IMG/VR virus record: IMGVR_UViG_3300037808_002146
Source: a virus
Taxonomy: Duplodnaviria; Caudoviricetes
DNA length: 64,000 bases
Direction: 5' to 3' (one strand)
The position numbers and the translations under genes were made by a program. This document shows positions 19,354-27,986 of this stretch, in pieces. The notes under the pieces are model-generated. The model worked only from the letters and a program-made list of their open reading frames with translations. It was not told where the DNA came from and searched no databases. The first letter of the stretch is position 1. The number at the start of each line of letters is the position of its first letter.

Positions 19354-19430
19354 TGGTCCGCCCCCAGGGAATTGAACCCTGCTTCAAGACGCTTATAAGA
19401 CGCCTCCTAACCACCAGCCAGCCGGGGCGG
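19354..19430 (-). tRNA. tRNA-Ile(UAU), atypical
   Basis: CCGCCCC/GGGGCGG acceptor, GGCGT-CT-TAT-AA-GCGTC, TTCAATT T-loop, A-CCA end; G8-G9 and a G-U-rich D stem. Confidence 0.75.
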
Positions 19431-19437
19431 TTAAGAT

Positions 19438-19704
19438 TCATATATTATTTTTTCTTATTTGGCAATCTGATACGTCAACTCGAGACGGAACTCCATTAGA
19501 GAATAATTCTAAATAAGCAAAAATCTTTTTATTCTTAGAATCCAGTTTCAAACCTTTGACTACAGCTGGATAATTTCGATTTATGCTGACTAACACTGAG
19601 TCTCCTATCATAATATTGTTTTTATTAAACTTATGTCGCACTAGATCTAATGACTCCATACTGGGTTGCGGCAACTTTTCTTTCTTTTTTACTAATGAAG
19701 ACAT
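19438..19704 (-). CDS. small SH3/KOW-like hypothetical protein
   Basis: IGDSVLV...AVVKG; the true start is probably internal (~19614). Confidence 0.5.
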   Translation of the reverse strand: MSSLVKKKEKLPQPSMESLDLVRHKFNKNNIMIGDSVLVSINRNYPAVVKGLKLDSKNKKIFAYLELFSNGVPSRVDVSDCQIRKNNI

Positions 19705-19882
19705 ATTGTTTTTCGTTTAAATCCCTTAAAGCTGTATCAAATATAAAATGGTTTTGATGTTTTTTTATAGAAAAAAGATCATAAACAACATTATTTCTCA
19801 AGTCTTCTATATCTAAAAACTTACCATCAGTAGGCAAATTTTCCATAATCAAAAATTTAACAAATTCCGCTGCTTCATCCAT
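19631..19882 (-). CDS. hypothetical protein
   Basis: 83 aa, coupled to the upstream gene. Confidence 0.55.
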   Translation of the reverse strand: MDEAAEFVKFLIMENLPTDGKFLDIEDLRNNVVYDLFSIKKHQNHFIFDTALRDLNEKQYVFISKKERKVAATQYGVIRSSAT

Positions 19883-20143
19883 TTAGCGCCATAACCCTTC
19901 CCTCCTAAGACGATGTCTTATTTCGTATGACTGATGACAAAGGCTTTTGTCTTTAACACCAAACTTCTTCTTAAGCTTTCGCCATTTTCTTTTCATTTTT
20001 CTGGCCTCTTGTTTTTCCATGCCAGCAAACGGATCTTTGTTTTCGCTGAGTTTTTTAATAAAAATGCTAGTAGGAATTATTCCAGCTTGTAGTTCTGCTA
20101 AAACCGTTTCTAAATCGTTTGGAGAGTGCGCAGTGAATGACAT
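19883..20143 (-). CDS. hypothetical basic protein
   Basis: 86 aa, Lys/Arg-rich C-terminus. Confidence 0.6.
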   Translation of the reverse strand: MSFTAHSPNDLETVLAELQAGIIPTSIFIKKLSENKDPFAGMEKQEARKMKRKWRKLKKKFGVKDKSLCHQSYEIRHRLRREGLWR

Positions 20144-20159
20144 ATGTTTTATCCAAAAA

Positions 20160-20326
20160 ATGGGTGGTTACTTGAGTGCTCCTAGTAAAGCAACTCGTTC
20201 ACCTGTTTTATTTACAGAGAAACTTGAAATACTCCGCATGCTTAAGCATCACAGCTAGGTTCCCTTAATCATATATGTTCTCTTATTGAGAAGCATGCTA
20301 ATACAAGTAGCCTTATCGACTACTCC
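20160..20326 (-). ncRNA. candidate structured non-coding RNA
   Basis: starts just downstream of the promoter at 20330-20358; several nested inverted repeats; no ORF of 60 aa or more on this strand. Confidence 0.35.
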
Positions 20327-20329
20327 TAT

Positions 20330-20358
20330 ATTATACCATGCTATAAAGCAAATTACAC
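20330..20358 (-). promoter_or_regulatory. promoter GTGTAA-N17-TATAAT
   Basis: TCGTGTAA...TGGTATAAT. Confidence 0.7.
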
Positions 20359-20364
20359 GATATG

Positions 20365-20523
20365 CTATTTATTTTTTGATTTTATTTGAGCCTGCATCAC
20401 TATGTGAAACGCTGTTTGGAGGTTATGGATAGACATATATTCTTTGAGAAGCTCTTTAGGGAGGGCGCCGTTCTTGATCCTAGAAACGGCTTCTTCTATT
20501 TGTTCGCTAAAATCTTCTTTCAT
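20365..20523 (-). CDS. small hypothetical protein (52 aa)
   Basis: MKEDFSEQIEEAVSRIKNG...; ATGA overlap with the Dps-like gene. Confidence 0.5.
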   Translation of the reverse strand: MKEDFSEQIEEAVSRIKNGALPKELLKEYMSIHNLQTAFHIVMQAQIKSKNK

Positions 20524-21050
20524 CTTTCTTTAGTCGCTCTCTGGTTTAACAAATAGTAGTAACCTTCGTGCCTATTAGCACTCGAGGAAATCATATCGTC
20601 TAAACCTAGCGTCATATCCTGAGACTCTGTCAGTTTCTTATAAACAACTTCAAGCAATTCCAGATAAGCTTCAACTATGTCCCTGCCAGTTGAGGCTATT
20701 TCACAACCCTCTAGTTTAGATGGAGATGCTAGAGACTTGAGTAAACTTTCCGCGGCGGAAGTTATCATAATTGAGCACCCCATATTTTGGTTATTAGTTA
20801 AACCAATGGTTTTTTCGATAAAGCCGTCTATTTCTTCTTGGATTTCGGTATAGATTTTGTTATATAATTCAAAATGATCTCCAGCAAAAGGCATACCATA
20901 AACTGTGTTGTGAGCAGAGTGGAACCAGAGATGCATTGCCCTGAGCATGCTATTGATATTTGTCATGCAAGTTTCTAAAACTGCATGCTCGATCATAGCT
21001 TCTCCAGGCTGGATTATTATCACTTCATTTTCTTTTAATCTTTTTTTCAT
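20520..21050 (-). CDS. Dps/ferritin-like protein
   Basis: HLWFHSAH...GDHFELYNKIYTEIQEEIDGFIEK ferroxidase-like pattern; start reassigned to MKKRLKE after GGAG. Confidence 0.7.
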   Translation of the reverse strand: MKKRLKENEVIIIQPGEAMIEHAVLETCMTNINSMLRAMHLWFHSAHNTVYGMPFAGDHFELYNKIYTEIQEEIDGFIEKTIGLTNNQNMGCSIMITSAAESLLKSLASPSKLEGCEIASTGRDIVEAYLELLEVVYKKLTESQDMTLGLDDMISSSANRHEGYYYLLNQRATKER

Positions 21051-21084
21051 ATCAGCTCCTGTGGTAAATAAATATATACTAAAA

Positions 21085-21579
21085 CTAACTCGAGTATAAA
21101 TCATGTACAATAGTTGTGATAGAAAACTCCGATATAATGTAGTCGGCAATATCTTTAGACAGTTCTATGTCTTCAAAGTAGAGACTAACTTCTTCGTATG
21201 ATTGTTCTAATCCTTTAGAGCAACTCAAGTGATATCCTAAGCTAGATTCACAAAACTTACGTAAATCTTCCCCGGGTTTCTTCCTAATTATTTCTCCGGT
21301 TTTGAGTTTTAGAAATTTCATTAATATCTTAATGCGAGAATCAACGTCATTTTCTTGATCTTCTATACTACTCATCAGGATAACATCGCTTGTGCTGTCT
21401 TCCCATGCTTTTCTATAGAAGCCACATGCAAATTGATCCCAAGCCGATCGTCCCGGTAAATCTGGGACATATGGATAATGAAGACATTCTGGATCTGCTA
21501 ACCAGCTTTCTTTCTCGATATCAACAGGATATTTTAAAAGAACACCCTCAAAGAAAAAAATTATTAACTTTTTTTTCAT
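21085..21579 (-). CDS. degenerate HAD-like protein (resembles the Swiss-army-knife RNA-repair HAD domain)
   Basis: IIFFFEGVL in place of DxDGTL, WLADPECL...P...AW, VILMS. Confidence 0.35.
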   Translation of the reverse strand: MKKKLIIFFFEGVLLKYPVDIEKESWLADPECLHYPYVPDLPGRSAWDQFACGFYRKAWEDSTSDVILMSSIEDQENDVDSRIKILMKFLKLKTGEIIRKKPGEDLRKFCESSLGYHLSCSKGLEQSYEEVSLYFEDIELSKDIADYIISEFSITTIVHDLYSS

Positions 21580-21779
21580 TAGTCAGCCTTACTTACTTTT
21601 AGCAAGTAACTATGATCAACCCACTCCGTACAAGAGTTCCACAGGATTAACAATTTTTCTTTTCCCAGCTCTAGTACTATGCCAGGAAACGTATTGTAAC
21701 TTTTATAGACTCTGTAGTTGTGGATGGGCACCTTACTCATTTTATGGATGACTAAATCTCCAACTTTAATCGAACTCAT
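21579..21779 (-). CDS. small SH3/KOW-like hypothetical protein
   Basis: IKVGDLV...PGIVL...ILW. Confidence 0.6.
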   Translation of the reverse strand: MSSIKVGDLVIHKMSKVPIHNYRVYKSYNTFPGIVLELGKEKLLILWNSCTEWVDHSYLLKVSKAD

Positions 21780-21859
21780 ATCTAATTAACTCCACAAAAA
21801 ATATGGGACGTTTAGATAACTATAAAATAAAAGGTGGGATTTTATTTAGAAATTCTATA

Positions 21860-22114
21860 TTATTTTTTAACAGTAAAAACCTGGACGGTTTTATCTTCCT
21901 CTGTTTCAAGGCTTATTGTTTTCGCGGTAATCAGCGAGTGGATTTTATTAACCGGGAGGTAAATGACAGGGTTTATGTAGAGTGATTTTTCTACAATAAC
22001 TTTTTCTTCCTGTTCCGGTGGTAAACAGATATCGGTAGGGATAAAGCTTTGGCCAAGCAACATAATAAAAAAATAGTAATTCAACATTAATTGTCTCCAA
22101 TAATTATAATACAA
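21860..22114 (-). CDS. hypothetical protein
   Basis: hydrophobic N-terminus; start uncertain. Confidence 0.45.
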   Translation of the reverse strand: MYYNYWRQLMLNYYFFIMLLGQSFIPTDICLPPEQEEKVIVEKSLYINPVIYLPVNKIHSLITAKTISLETEEDKTVQVFTVKK

Positions 22115-22276
22115 TGGATAAAATAAAAGAAAATGAGTACATTGTAATCAATTTTTCTAAATTAACTGCAAGAGTTATAGAAATATATGTCGCTCCGGAA
22201 GAATTTGACCGACTTTTTTTAATTAAATACCCATCGGGTGATTCAAGCTTAGTGTTTGAATCGCAAGTTACCGCGC

Positions 22277-22576
22277 TTAATCATGCGAGTTGACTTTTTC
22301 AGCTAAGTACCCCTTGAAGGTACCCACTTCCCATCGCTTTGCAGATTTAATCTTAGAGCACTCATACCAATCCATCTCTAATGTTTCACAAACAGCGTTG
22401 AGAATCTCTAATATATCAGCAAACTTGTCATGGCTCTTTAAGGTAACACCTTCAGCGAAGAGTTCTGATATTTCTCTCTTAGCATATAAGATAAATTCAG
22501 CTGTATTAACTTTTTTGACTAAATAGGATTCTCCGGACTCCATTTTGTCTATTTGCTTATTCCTGATCAAGCGCAT
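22277..22576 (-). CDS. MazG-like nucleoside triphosphate pyrophosphohydrolase
   Basis: RLIRNK...REISE...FADILEIL...KSAKRWEVGTF matches the all-alpha NTP-PPase pattern. Confidence 0.65.
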   Translation of the reverse strand: MRLIRNKQIDKMESGESYLVKKVNTAEFILYAKREISELFAEGVTLKSHDKFADILEILNAVCETLEMDWYECSKIKSAKRWEVGTFKGYLAEKVNSHD

Positions 22577-22757
22577 CGAATTTTCTTACTTGAATTGGAA
22601 TCCTTGATTTTTTTGAATCCGACTTAAGAATATTAAGTATCTTGTCTCTAATAGTAATTGTCTCTTCTCGGCGACTATCGCTATCAAGCGTTGCTATCAG
22701 TACCCAGTCTAAGATTTCCGTTATCCTCTTCGCTTCGCGTCTCGTTAGTTCTATCAC
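22557..22757 (-). CDS. hypothetical protein
   Basis: 66 aa, overlaps its neighbours. Confidence 0.45.
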   Translation of the reverse strand: MIELTRREAKRITEILDWVLIATLDSDSRREETITIRDKILNILKSDSKKSRIPIQVRKFDALDQE

Positions 22758-23019
22758 TCTCTATTTCCTCCCTCTGCTCTTGCTTCAACTTCTCTATTTC
22801 TTGCTTACACTCCGGACAAACTAAGTTAGGAAATCCATCGTTAACATAAACTGACCATCCCATTACCATTTCGTTATCTGCTTTGTCAAAAGATTTGCTG
22901 CATGATGTGCAACTATCTCCCAAAGAATTTAGCCGCTTAGTCATGCCTCGAAAAGCTGATTTCATCTTCTTAGTATCGGCTTTTAGCTTTTTTCTCTTAA
23001 TTTTTCTTAGAAAACTCAT
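22684..23019 (-). CDS. zinc-finger hypothetical protein
   Basis: CTSC...CPEC. Confidence 0.6.
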   Translation of the reverse strand: MSFLRKIKRKKLKADTKKMKSAFRGMTKRLNSLGDSCTSCSKSFDKADNEMVMGWSVYVNDGFPNLVCPECKQEIEKLKQEQREEIESDRTNETRSEEDNGNLRLGTDSNA

Positions 23020-23026
23020 TTCTACC

Positions 23027-23434
23027 TCAAGTTTTTGGGGCCACTAGGGCTTTTGGTTTTTCTACCTTATCGGAAAAAAGTGGCGCAGGTTCAACTACCA
23101 TCTTGTTAGTTACTGTATAATACCGTCGCGCAAAAGATTCAGCAGCCAGTGCCGGCTCAACTTTTTTCCTCATTGGTCGCCATGCATTTTCATGTTTGGA
23201 TAAAGCATTAGCAATACCCATCATCGACCAAATATATAATAATTTATCTTCTTTGTTTTTACATGCAGAACTTGCTACGGGAGTACCGAACAGGGAATGA
23301 AGTTCGCATATAAAAGCGGCGACCCACGGATCGGTGTCCCAATCCTTTGGCATTGCGGATCCTTTTAGTATCATGTTAAACTCCGTTAATAAGTTGACTA
23401 AATTTTTCTTTAAGTCCTTCTTCGTCGAGGCCAC
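23027..23434 (-). CDS. hypothetical protein
   Basis: 135-aa ORF. Confidence 0.6.
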   Translation of the reverse strand: MASTKKDLKKNLVNLLTEFNMILKGSAMPKDWDTDPWVAAFICELHSLFGTPVASSACKNKEDKLLYIWSMMGIANALSKHENAWRPMRKKVEPALAAESFARRYYTVTNKMVVEPAPLFSDKVEKPKALVAPKT

Positions 23435-23654
23435 TTGCCTCGTGCAACGACATGTAGGGATCGCCGCTTATCCAGCTAATGTGTATTGTTTTTTCCAAAT
23501 AGAGTTCTAAACATGCCTCGAGCGTTTTAACTTCTGATTGTGATTTATCGGGATTTCTTTTTGCACTTAAGATCACGCTTTTCATTTTGTGCATTGTGTA
23601 ATCCAAAACTTCAGCAACATTAACGTCGGACATCATTTCTCCTTTGGTAGGCAA
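23376..23654 (-). CDS. hypothetical protein
   Basis: 92-aa ORF; likely start MMSDV. Confidence 0.55.
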   Translation of the reverse strand: MPTKGEMMSDVNVAEVLDYTMHKMKSVILSAKRNPDKSQSEVKTLEACLELYLEKTIHISWISGDPYMSLHEASGLDEEGLKEKFSQLINGV

Positions 23655-23926
23655 ACTCGGTCGGGGAAGAGGGTCCAGTTAACCCTGATTATATGATTCG
23701 TACTATCGACTTTGCAAAGCACCAGTATAAATCGCGCATAACCAGCATCTACCCATTTACATTCTATCACAGTACTGGGATACAGTTTACCTTCAAACCC
23801 TCGACAGAGTACACTATCATCTGATTTAAAAGGCAGCTCTTGCAACTTCCAACCTCCTCGTATAAGTATGGTCTCTTTTCGACGATTGAAAGCTGGGTGT
23901 ATTCGTGCGACAGGCGGTATTCTCAC
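23633..23926 (-). CDS. hypothetical protein
   Basis: 97-aa ORF. Confidence 0.55.
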   Translation of the reverse strand: MRIPPVARIHPAFNRRKETILIRGGWKLQELPFKSDDSVLCRGFEGKLYPSTVIECKWVDAGYARFILVLCKVDSTNHIIRVNWTLFPDRVCLPKEK

Positions 23927-23928
23927 TA

Positions 23929-24222
23929 CTATATTTTAGCCGTCCACTTTTTGGGTGGTGACTCTTCGATATTGGCTACCGGCGCTGTTGCGAATCTTTT
24001 TCGCACTTTATCATAAAATGAGAAGCTGGGTTGAATGGAGTCTTTTGGGTGGAATTGTCTGATCGGACCAAAGGCCCATTCGGTTCCGCCGTAAATATCC
24101 ATCCGAACCCAGACTTCCTGTGTGAGTTTGTATCCCTCATATTCGGCCGGCCCAACAATTTCTTTCTTAGTAACAACCCGCTTCTTGTTCCGACCTGGAT
24201 TCCTCTTTTGTCCGCGGGCCAT
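23929..24222 (-). CDS. hypothetical protein (basic N-terminus, SH3-like core)
   Basis: 97-aa ORF. Confidence 0.6.
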   Translation of the reverse strand: MARGQKRNPGRNKKRVVTKKEIVGPAEYEGYKLTQEVWVRMDIYGGTEWAFGPIRQFHPKDSIQPSFSFYDKVRKRFATAPVANIEESPPKKWTAKI

Positions 24223-24225
24223 AGA

Positions 24226-24843
24226 TTAACCCGTTACCGCGACGGGTGTGCCAGTAATGAGGCTACTCAGGCTGTCACGCACGTCTTCGCCTACCGTATT
24301 GGGCGCCTCGTTTCCAATACAGTTCCAGCCGGGACGGTGGCGTCGCGCGAAAATTTCCAGCTTGTTGCGTTCAGGAAACATCAGCTCTAAACTATCTTGC
24401 AAGTCTTCGGGTTTCTGGCTGTGTGGTAGTCCAGGATGCAGGAAAACATTTCGTTGACTTCGGTTGGCTAATTCCTTTGTATACTTTCCCCTAACACCAA
24501 CAAGACAGGGTTCATGACAGTTGCGAGCGAGTCGCCCCATGCCGAAGGCCAGTTTGCTGCGATCGTGCTTGTGAGTCTTGGCCCAAATCCAGAGTTGCTT
24601 ATAGGTAAATCCCCAAGATTCCATAACCTCAATCCCGTTGAGTAGTTGACTGCTAGGCACCCAAAGCGCCAATAGGCTGTTCTCAGCAGCCAGATCGCCA
24701 ACAGGTAAGTCAGCGATTGCTCTCGCATTCAGGGTGGGGTACTTGCCAGCGGCGCCACGTACAACGTTATCCTTTTTGGCGTATGTCAGCTTGTCGTCAA
24801 AGCTCCACGGTGGATCAGCAACAATGATTCCGAATTTCTGCAT
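24226..24843 (-). CDS. MT-A70-family N6-adenine methyltransferase
   Basis: IIVADPPW, LALWV, WGFTYK, HSQKPE, KLEIFAR. Confidence 0.92.
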   Translation of the reverse strand: MQKFGIIVADPPWSFDDKLTYAKKDNVVRGAAGKYPTLNARAIADLPVGDLAAENSLLALWVPSSQLLNGIEVMESWGFTYKQLWIWAKTHKHDRSKLAFGMGRLARNCHEPCLVGVRGKYTKELANRSQRNVFLHPGLPHSQKPEDLQDSLELMFPERNKLEIFARRHRPGWNCIGNEAPNTVGEDVRDSLSSLITGTPVAVTG

Positions 24844-24879
24844 TTTTTCTCCTAGGATGTATTTATCAGCAGTGAGTAT

Positions 24880-24908
24880 ATTATATCCGGTGAAACCGGG
24901 TTTTTCAC
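24880..24908 (-). promoter_or_regulatory. promoter GTGAAA-N17-TATAAT with a palindromic spacer (CCGGTTTCACCGG)
   Basis: exact 17-nt spacing, upstream of the methyltransferase. Confidence 0.6.
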
Positions 24909-25123
24909 TTTTTGCTTTGGGTTTTATACATGAATCGGTAGACCATATCGATGGGAATATTCATGATTCCGTGGTGGCCGAAGTGAAAGGTGACAAACTG
25001 TTTTTGTGATCCGTCGTAACCTTCACGGATACCTAGAACAATTCCAGGCCCGTAGATGCGGTCGCACTCGCTGCTATCGGGGTGCCAAGCCCATACATCT
25101 CCCGGGTTGGGTTTTTTACGCAT
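24905..25123 (-). CDS. small SH3/KOW-like hypothetical protein
   Basis: PNPGDVW...PGIVLG. Confidence 0.6.
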   Translation of the reverse strand: MRKKPNPGDVWAWHPDSSECDRIYGPGIVLGIREGYDGSQKQFVTFHFGHHGIMNIPIDMVYRFMYKTQSKK

Positions 25124-25162
25124 TTTCGTAATTACGCGGTTTGGGATTATTTTTATCTCGAG

Positions 25163-25249
25163 TTACATTCCAACCATTTTTAATAAGACCCAAACCAGCA
25201 CTGTTCCCAAAACTGCTATGGGAATTATTTCTTGCCAAACCAAACTCAT
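25163..25249 (-). CDS. small membrane peptide (28 aa)
   Basis: MSLVWQEIIPIAVLGTVLVWVLLKMVGM after the GGGAG RBS; GTGCAT-N17-CATACT upstream at 25282-25310. Confidence 0.5.
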   Translation of the reverse strand: MSLVWQEIIPIAVLGTVLVWVLLKMVGM

Positions 25250-25347
25250 ACTCCCTGCTTTTAACGTGTGGTACACTATTAAGTATGGAGGTATGGGTAA
25301 ACGTATGCACAATGAGGACGGGTTCGAGAGAGACACCCAAGGGTGTT

Positions 25348-25545
25348 CTATTGAGAAACGACCGCATTGATATTAAGGAGGTTTTCTATCTTTGTCCACA
25401 ATGCATTGTCGTCATTTGGCCATAAGACGTAAGCACCTGGAACTGGACCGCGGGATTGTATCTCTATTACTAGTCCAACTTTCTCTGAATCTATACGCAA
25501 AGGGTGAGCTTTTGTACTGAAAATTACTAAGTCACCTTCTTTCAT
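25348..25545 (-). CDS. small SH3/KOW-like hypothetical protein
   Basis: MKEGDLV...VGLVI...YVLW. Confidence 0.6.
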   Translation of the reverse strand: MKEGDLVIFSTKAHPLRIDSEKVGLVIEIQSRGPVPGAYVLWPNDDNALWTKIENLLNINAVVSQ

Positions 25546-25960
25546 TTTTCTCTCTTTGACTTTTTTGTTTTAGTAAAAACTCATCCTTTAAAGTAGAGTA
25601 CGACTTGTGATCTTTTATTTCTTGATACTCTTTTCCAAAATGAAGCTTACACTTTTCGTCTATAGCATTTTTTTCCGATCCTGCTTTTAAAAATTTTTTC
25701 GCTAAATCCGCGCCAACGAAGTCTTCTTCTTTTAAATAAAGAAAAAACATATCCTTGATTTTTGACGCGCTGAGTTTAGCTGATTTAGGATTTGAAAATT
25801 TCCAAACTTTTAAAAATTTAGTTTTATAGGGTTCGCATGTATACATCCCGCCAAAACATTCGGTCACTTCGTACAACAAAGGTTTGACTTTATAATTAAT
25901 ATCATGTTTCCATTTATTAGCATTTTCTACGATACTCATAACTTCTTTAATTTTAATCAA
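25532..25960 (-). CDS. DUF4385-like protein
   Basis: EPYKT...W.F..P..A..S...I..MF..YL...DFVGADLAKKFL pattern (recalled family pattern). Confidence 0.65.
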   Translation of the reverse strand: MIKIKEVMSIVENANKWKHDINYKVKPLLYEVTECFGGMYTCEPYKTKFLKVWKFSNPKSAKLSASKIKDMFFLYLKEEDFVGADLAKKFLKAGSEKNAIDEKCKLHFGKEYQEIKDHKSYSTLKDEFLLKQKSQREKNERR

Positions 25961-25977
25961 AATTTTCCTTTCGTATT

Positions 25978-26307
25978 ATGAAAATATTACCCGGAGAATT
26001 AGTTAAGCTAGATGTTAATAAAGACGTTAGCCCGGAGAATCTGAAACTTATGGCTGTTGATTTTGGACAACCTAGGTTATATGCGGAAATAAGAATTGAA
26101 TCTTTCCCCGGATGGGACGACTTTAAAGGGTATAGTAAACTATTCAATGATGAAGTGCTCCTCGTTATATCAAGAAAAGGCCGGCCTTATAGTTTTAGCG
26201 AAAAAGAAAATTGGAGTATTTACGATATTTACGTCGTGATGTACTCTAATAAAACATACGAATGTTTTTCTTATTGCATGAAAAAAATTAGCGACGAACA
26301 ACCTTAA
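25978..26307 (+). CDS. hypothetical protein on the counter strand
   Basis: 109 aa, PGELVKL SH3-like start; fills a gap between minus-strand genes. Confidence 0.6.
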   Translation: MKILPGELVKLDVNKDVSPENLKLMAVDFGQPRLYAEIRIESFPGWDDFKGYSKLFNDEVLLVISRKGRPYSFSEKENWSIYDIYVVMYSNKTYECFSYCMKKISDEQP

Positions 26308-26452
26308 AAAGGTTGCGAGTTAGTATGTTCGCTGTTTTTCCTTGTAACAATACTAAACATCGGCTTTCTAGAGTTTTCTTTTCTTCTATCAATAAAACGA
26401 TGCCAACTCTTCCGTCTCTATTTTTGACAATATCTCCTGGTTTTAGTTCCAT
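26288..26452 (-). CDS. small SH3/KOW-like protein (54 aa)
   Basis: MELKPGDIVKNRDGRVGIVLLI...; below the ORF-track cutoff. Confidence 0.55.
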   Translation of the reverse strand: MELKPGDIVKNRDGRVGIVLLIEEKKTLESRCLVLLQGKTANILTRNLFKVVRR

Positions 26453-26475
26453 TTAAAATTTACCAATTCCCGTTT

Positions 26476-27924
26476 TTATATACATAAGTTTGATAAAACT
26501 TTTCTCATATCTTCAAACAGTTTGCCACAAGTTTTTTCATAATCTTTAATACTAGACCATCCTAGTTCTGGTTTGATCAAAGTTAGATCGATCGTTATAA
26601 TTTTTGGAACATTTAGACCCGTATACTCATGTTCGAAAGTTTCTATCTTTTCTAAAGAGCCATCATATATCATTTCTAAAATATCCCTAGTATCCTGCAA
26701 TGGTATTCTCTCTCCAGATCCATATGGCCCATTAATCCAGCCCGTATTTAGCATCCAGCAGTTTATGTTTGAATTCTCTAGATTATTTCTTAGCATATCC
26801 GCATACTCTGTGGGTTTCCTTGTCATAAAAGGCAGTCCAAAACACGGAGAGAAAGTTGCGACAGGTTCAGTTATACCTTTCTCGGTTCCCGCTATCTTCG
26901 AAGTATAACCAATAACGAAAAATTTCCAAGCTTCTTCTGGGGTTAAACGAGCGATTGCCGGCAAAACTCCAAAAGCGTCACATGTTAGCAAAACTACATT
27001 TTTAGGCTGTAGCTTTGTCATCCTATCCTGAACTGAGTTTGGAATATATGATAGGGGATAAGAAGCCCTAGCGTTTTCTGTCTTTGAGCTATCGAAAAAA
27101 TCGGCCTGGCCTTCGGCATCTAAGATAACATTCTCTAAAATAGAAAATTCTCCTTGAGCCGCACTCCATATTTCTGGTTCTTTCTCTTCACTTAAGTTAA
27201 TAACTTTAGCATAACACCCATTTTCAAAATTAAAAATACCTTGAGGAGACCAGCCATGCTCGTCGTCTCCTATCAGCATTCTTTTGGAATCGGCAGATAG
27301 TGTTGTTTTCCCCGTTCCGGAAAGACCGAAAAATATAGTAGGGTTTTCTAGATTGGGATCCAAGTTTACGGAGCAATGCATTGGGAAAGTATTTTTCTCT
27401 GGTAAGATATGATTCAATATAGTAAACACGCTTTTTTTCATTTCGCCGGCGTACTTAGTTCCAGATATTATTATGATTCCATCTTCGAAAGATATCAAAA
27501 CAAATGGCTCTGATGTGAATGACGGAGTAAAGTAGAGGTGAAAATCGTAAGAGTCTCTCTCCCCTACTTCTTGGAACATATTCATAGAAGCAATCGAGTG
27601 CCAAGCATATTCGCAACTAACTTTTACGTTGATTCCAGAAAAATCTTTATGGCCTGCGTAAACAGAAGTCTCATATAAATCTGTATTATATATCTTACTT
27701 GCGTAAAAATCTCCTTTTATTTGATGATAAACCTTCGGATCCATGCCTTGGACATAAGCCCAATCGATATCTTTTTTCGTGCTCTGTTCTTTAACTATGA
27801 ATTTGGCCCCAGGCGATCTACCTTTGTGTTCGCCAGTTTCTACGACTAATGGTCCATTTTTAATTTTTATAGAGTTTTCTTCTCTTAGAGAAATTTCTCT
27901 TAATTCAATTCTAGACTTCTTCAC
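26476..27924 (-). CDS. pckA: phosphoenolpyruvate carboxykinase (ATP)
   Basis: YAGEMKKS, MHCS, GLSGTGKTTLSAD, GDDEHGW, ENGCYAK, NTGW. Confidence 0.96.
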   Translation of the reverse strand: MKKSRIELREISLREENSIKIKNGPLVVETGEHKGRSPGAKFIVKEQSTKKDIDWAYVQGMDPKVYHQIKGDFYASKIYNTDLYETSVYAGHKDFSGINVKVSCEYAWHSIASMNMFQEVGERDSYDFHLYFTPSFTSEPFVLISFEDGIIIISGTKYAGEMKKSVFTILNHILPEKNTFPMHCSVNLDPNLENPTIFFGLSGTGKTTLSADSKRMLIGDDEHGWSPQGIFNFENGCYAKVINLSEEKEPEIWSAAQGEFSILENVILDAEGQADFFDSSKTENARASYPLSYIPNSVQDRMTKLQPKNVVLLTCDAFGVLPAIARLTPEEAWKFFVIGYTSKIAGTEKGITEPVATFSPCFGLPFMTRKPTEYADMLRNNLENSNINCWMLNTGWINGPYGSGERIPLQDTRDILEMIYDGSLEKIETFEHEYTGLNVPKIITIDLTLIKPELGWSSIKDYEKTCGKLFEDMRKVLSNLCI

Positions 27925-27986
27925 TAAAACCTCCCGGATGATATAAAGATTTTATTTCTAGAATTATAGATTTACAAAATTAGTAG

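Noticed and set aside
20160-20326. tmRNA, 6S RNA or a cobalamin/SAM riboswitch
   Set aside because: There is no tRNA-like domain, and the core riboswitch motifs are incomplete. It is kept only as an unassigned ncRNA candidate.
22195-22276. Inverted repeats GATTCAA…TTGAATC and ACCC-GAT-GGGT in an intergenic gap
   Set aside because: They are short, with no T-tract or recognisable family, which is too little to call a terminator or ncRNA.
25116-25367. 83-aa minus-strand ORF from the track
   Set aside because: It is better explained by a promoter (25282-25310) plus a 28-aa membrane peptide with its own RBS in another frame.
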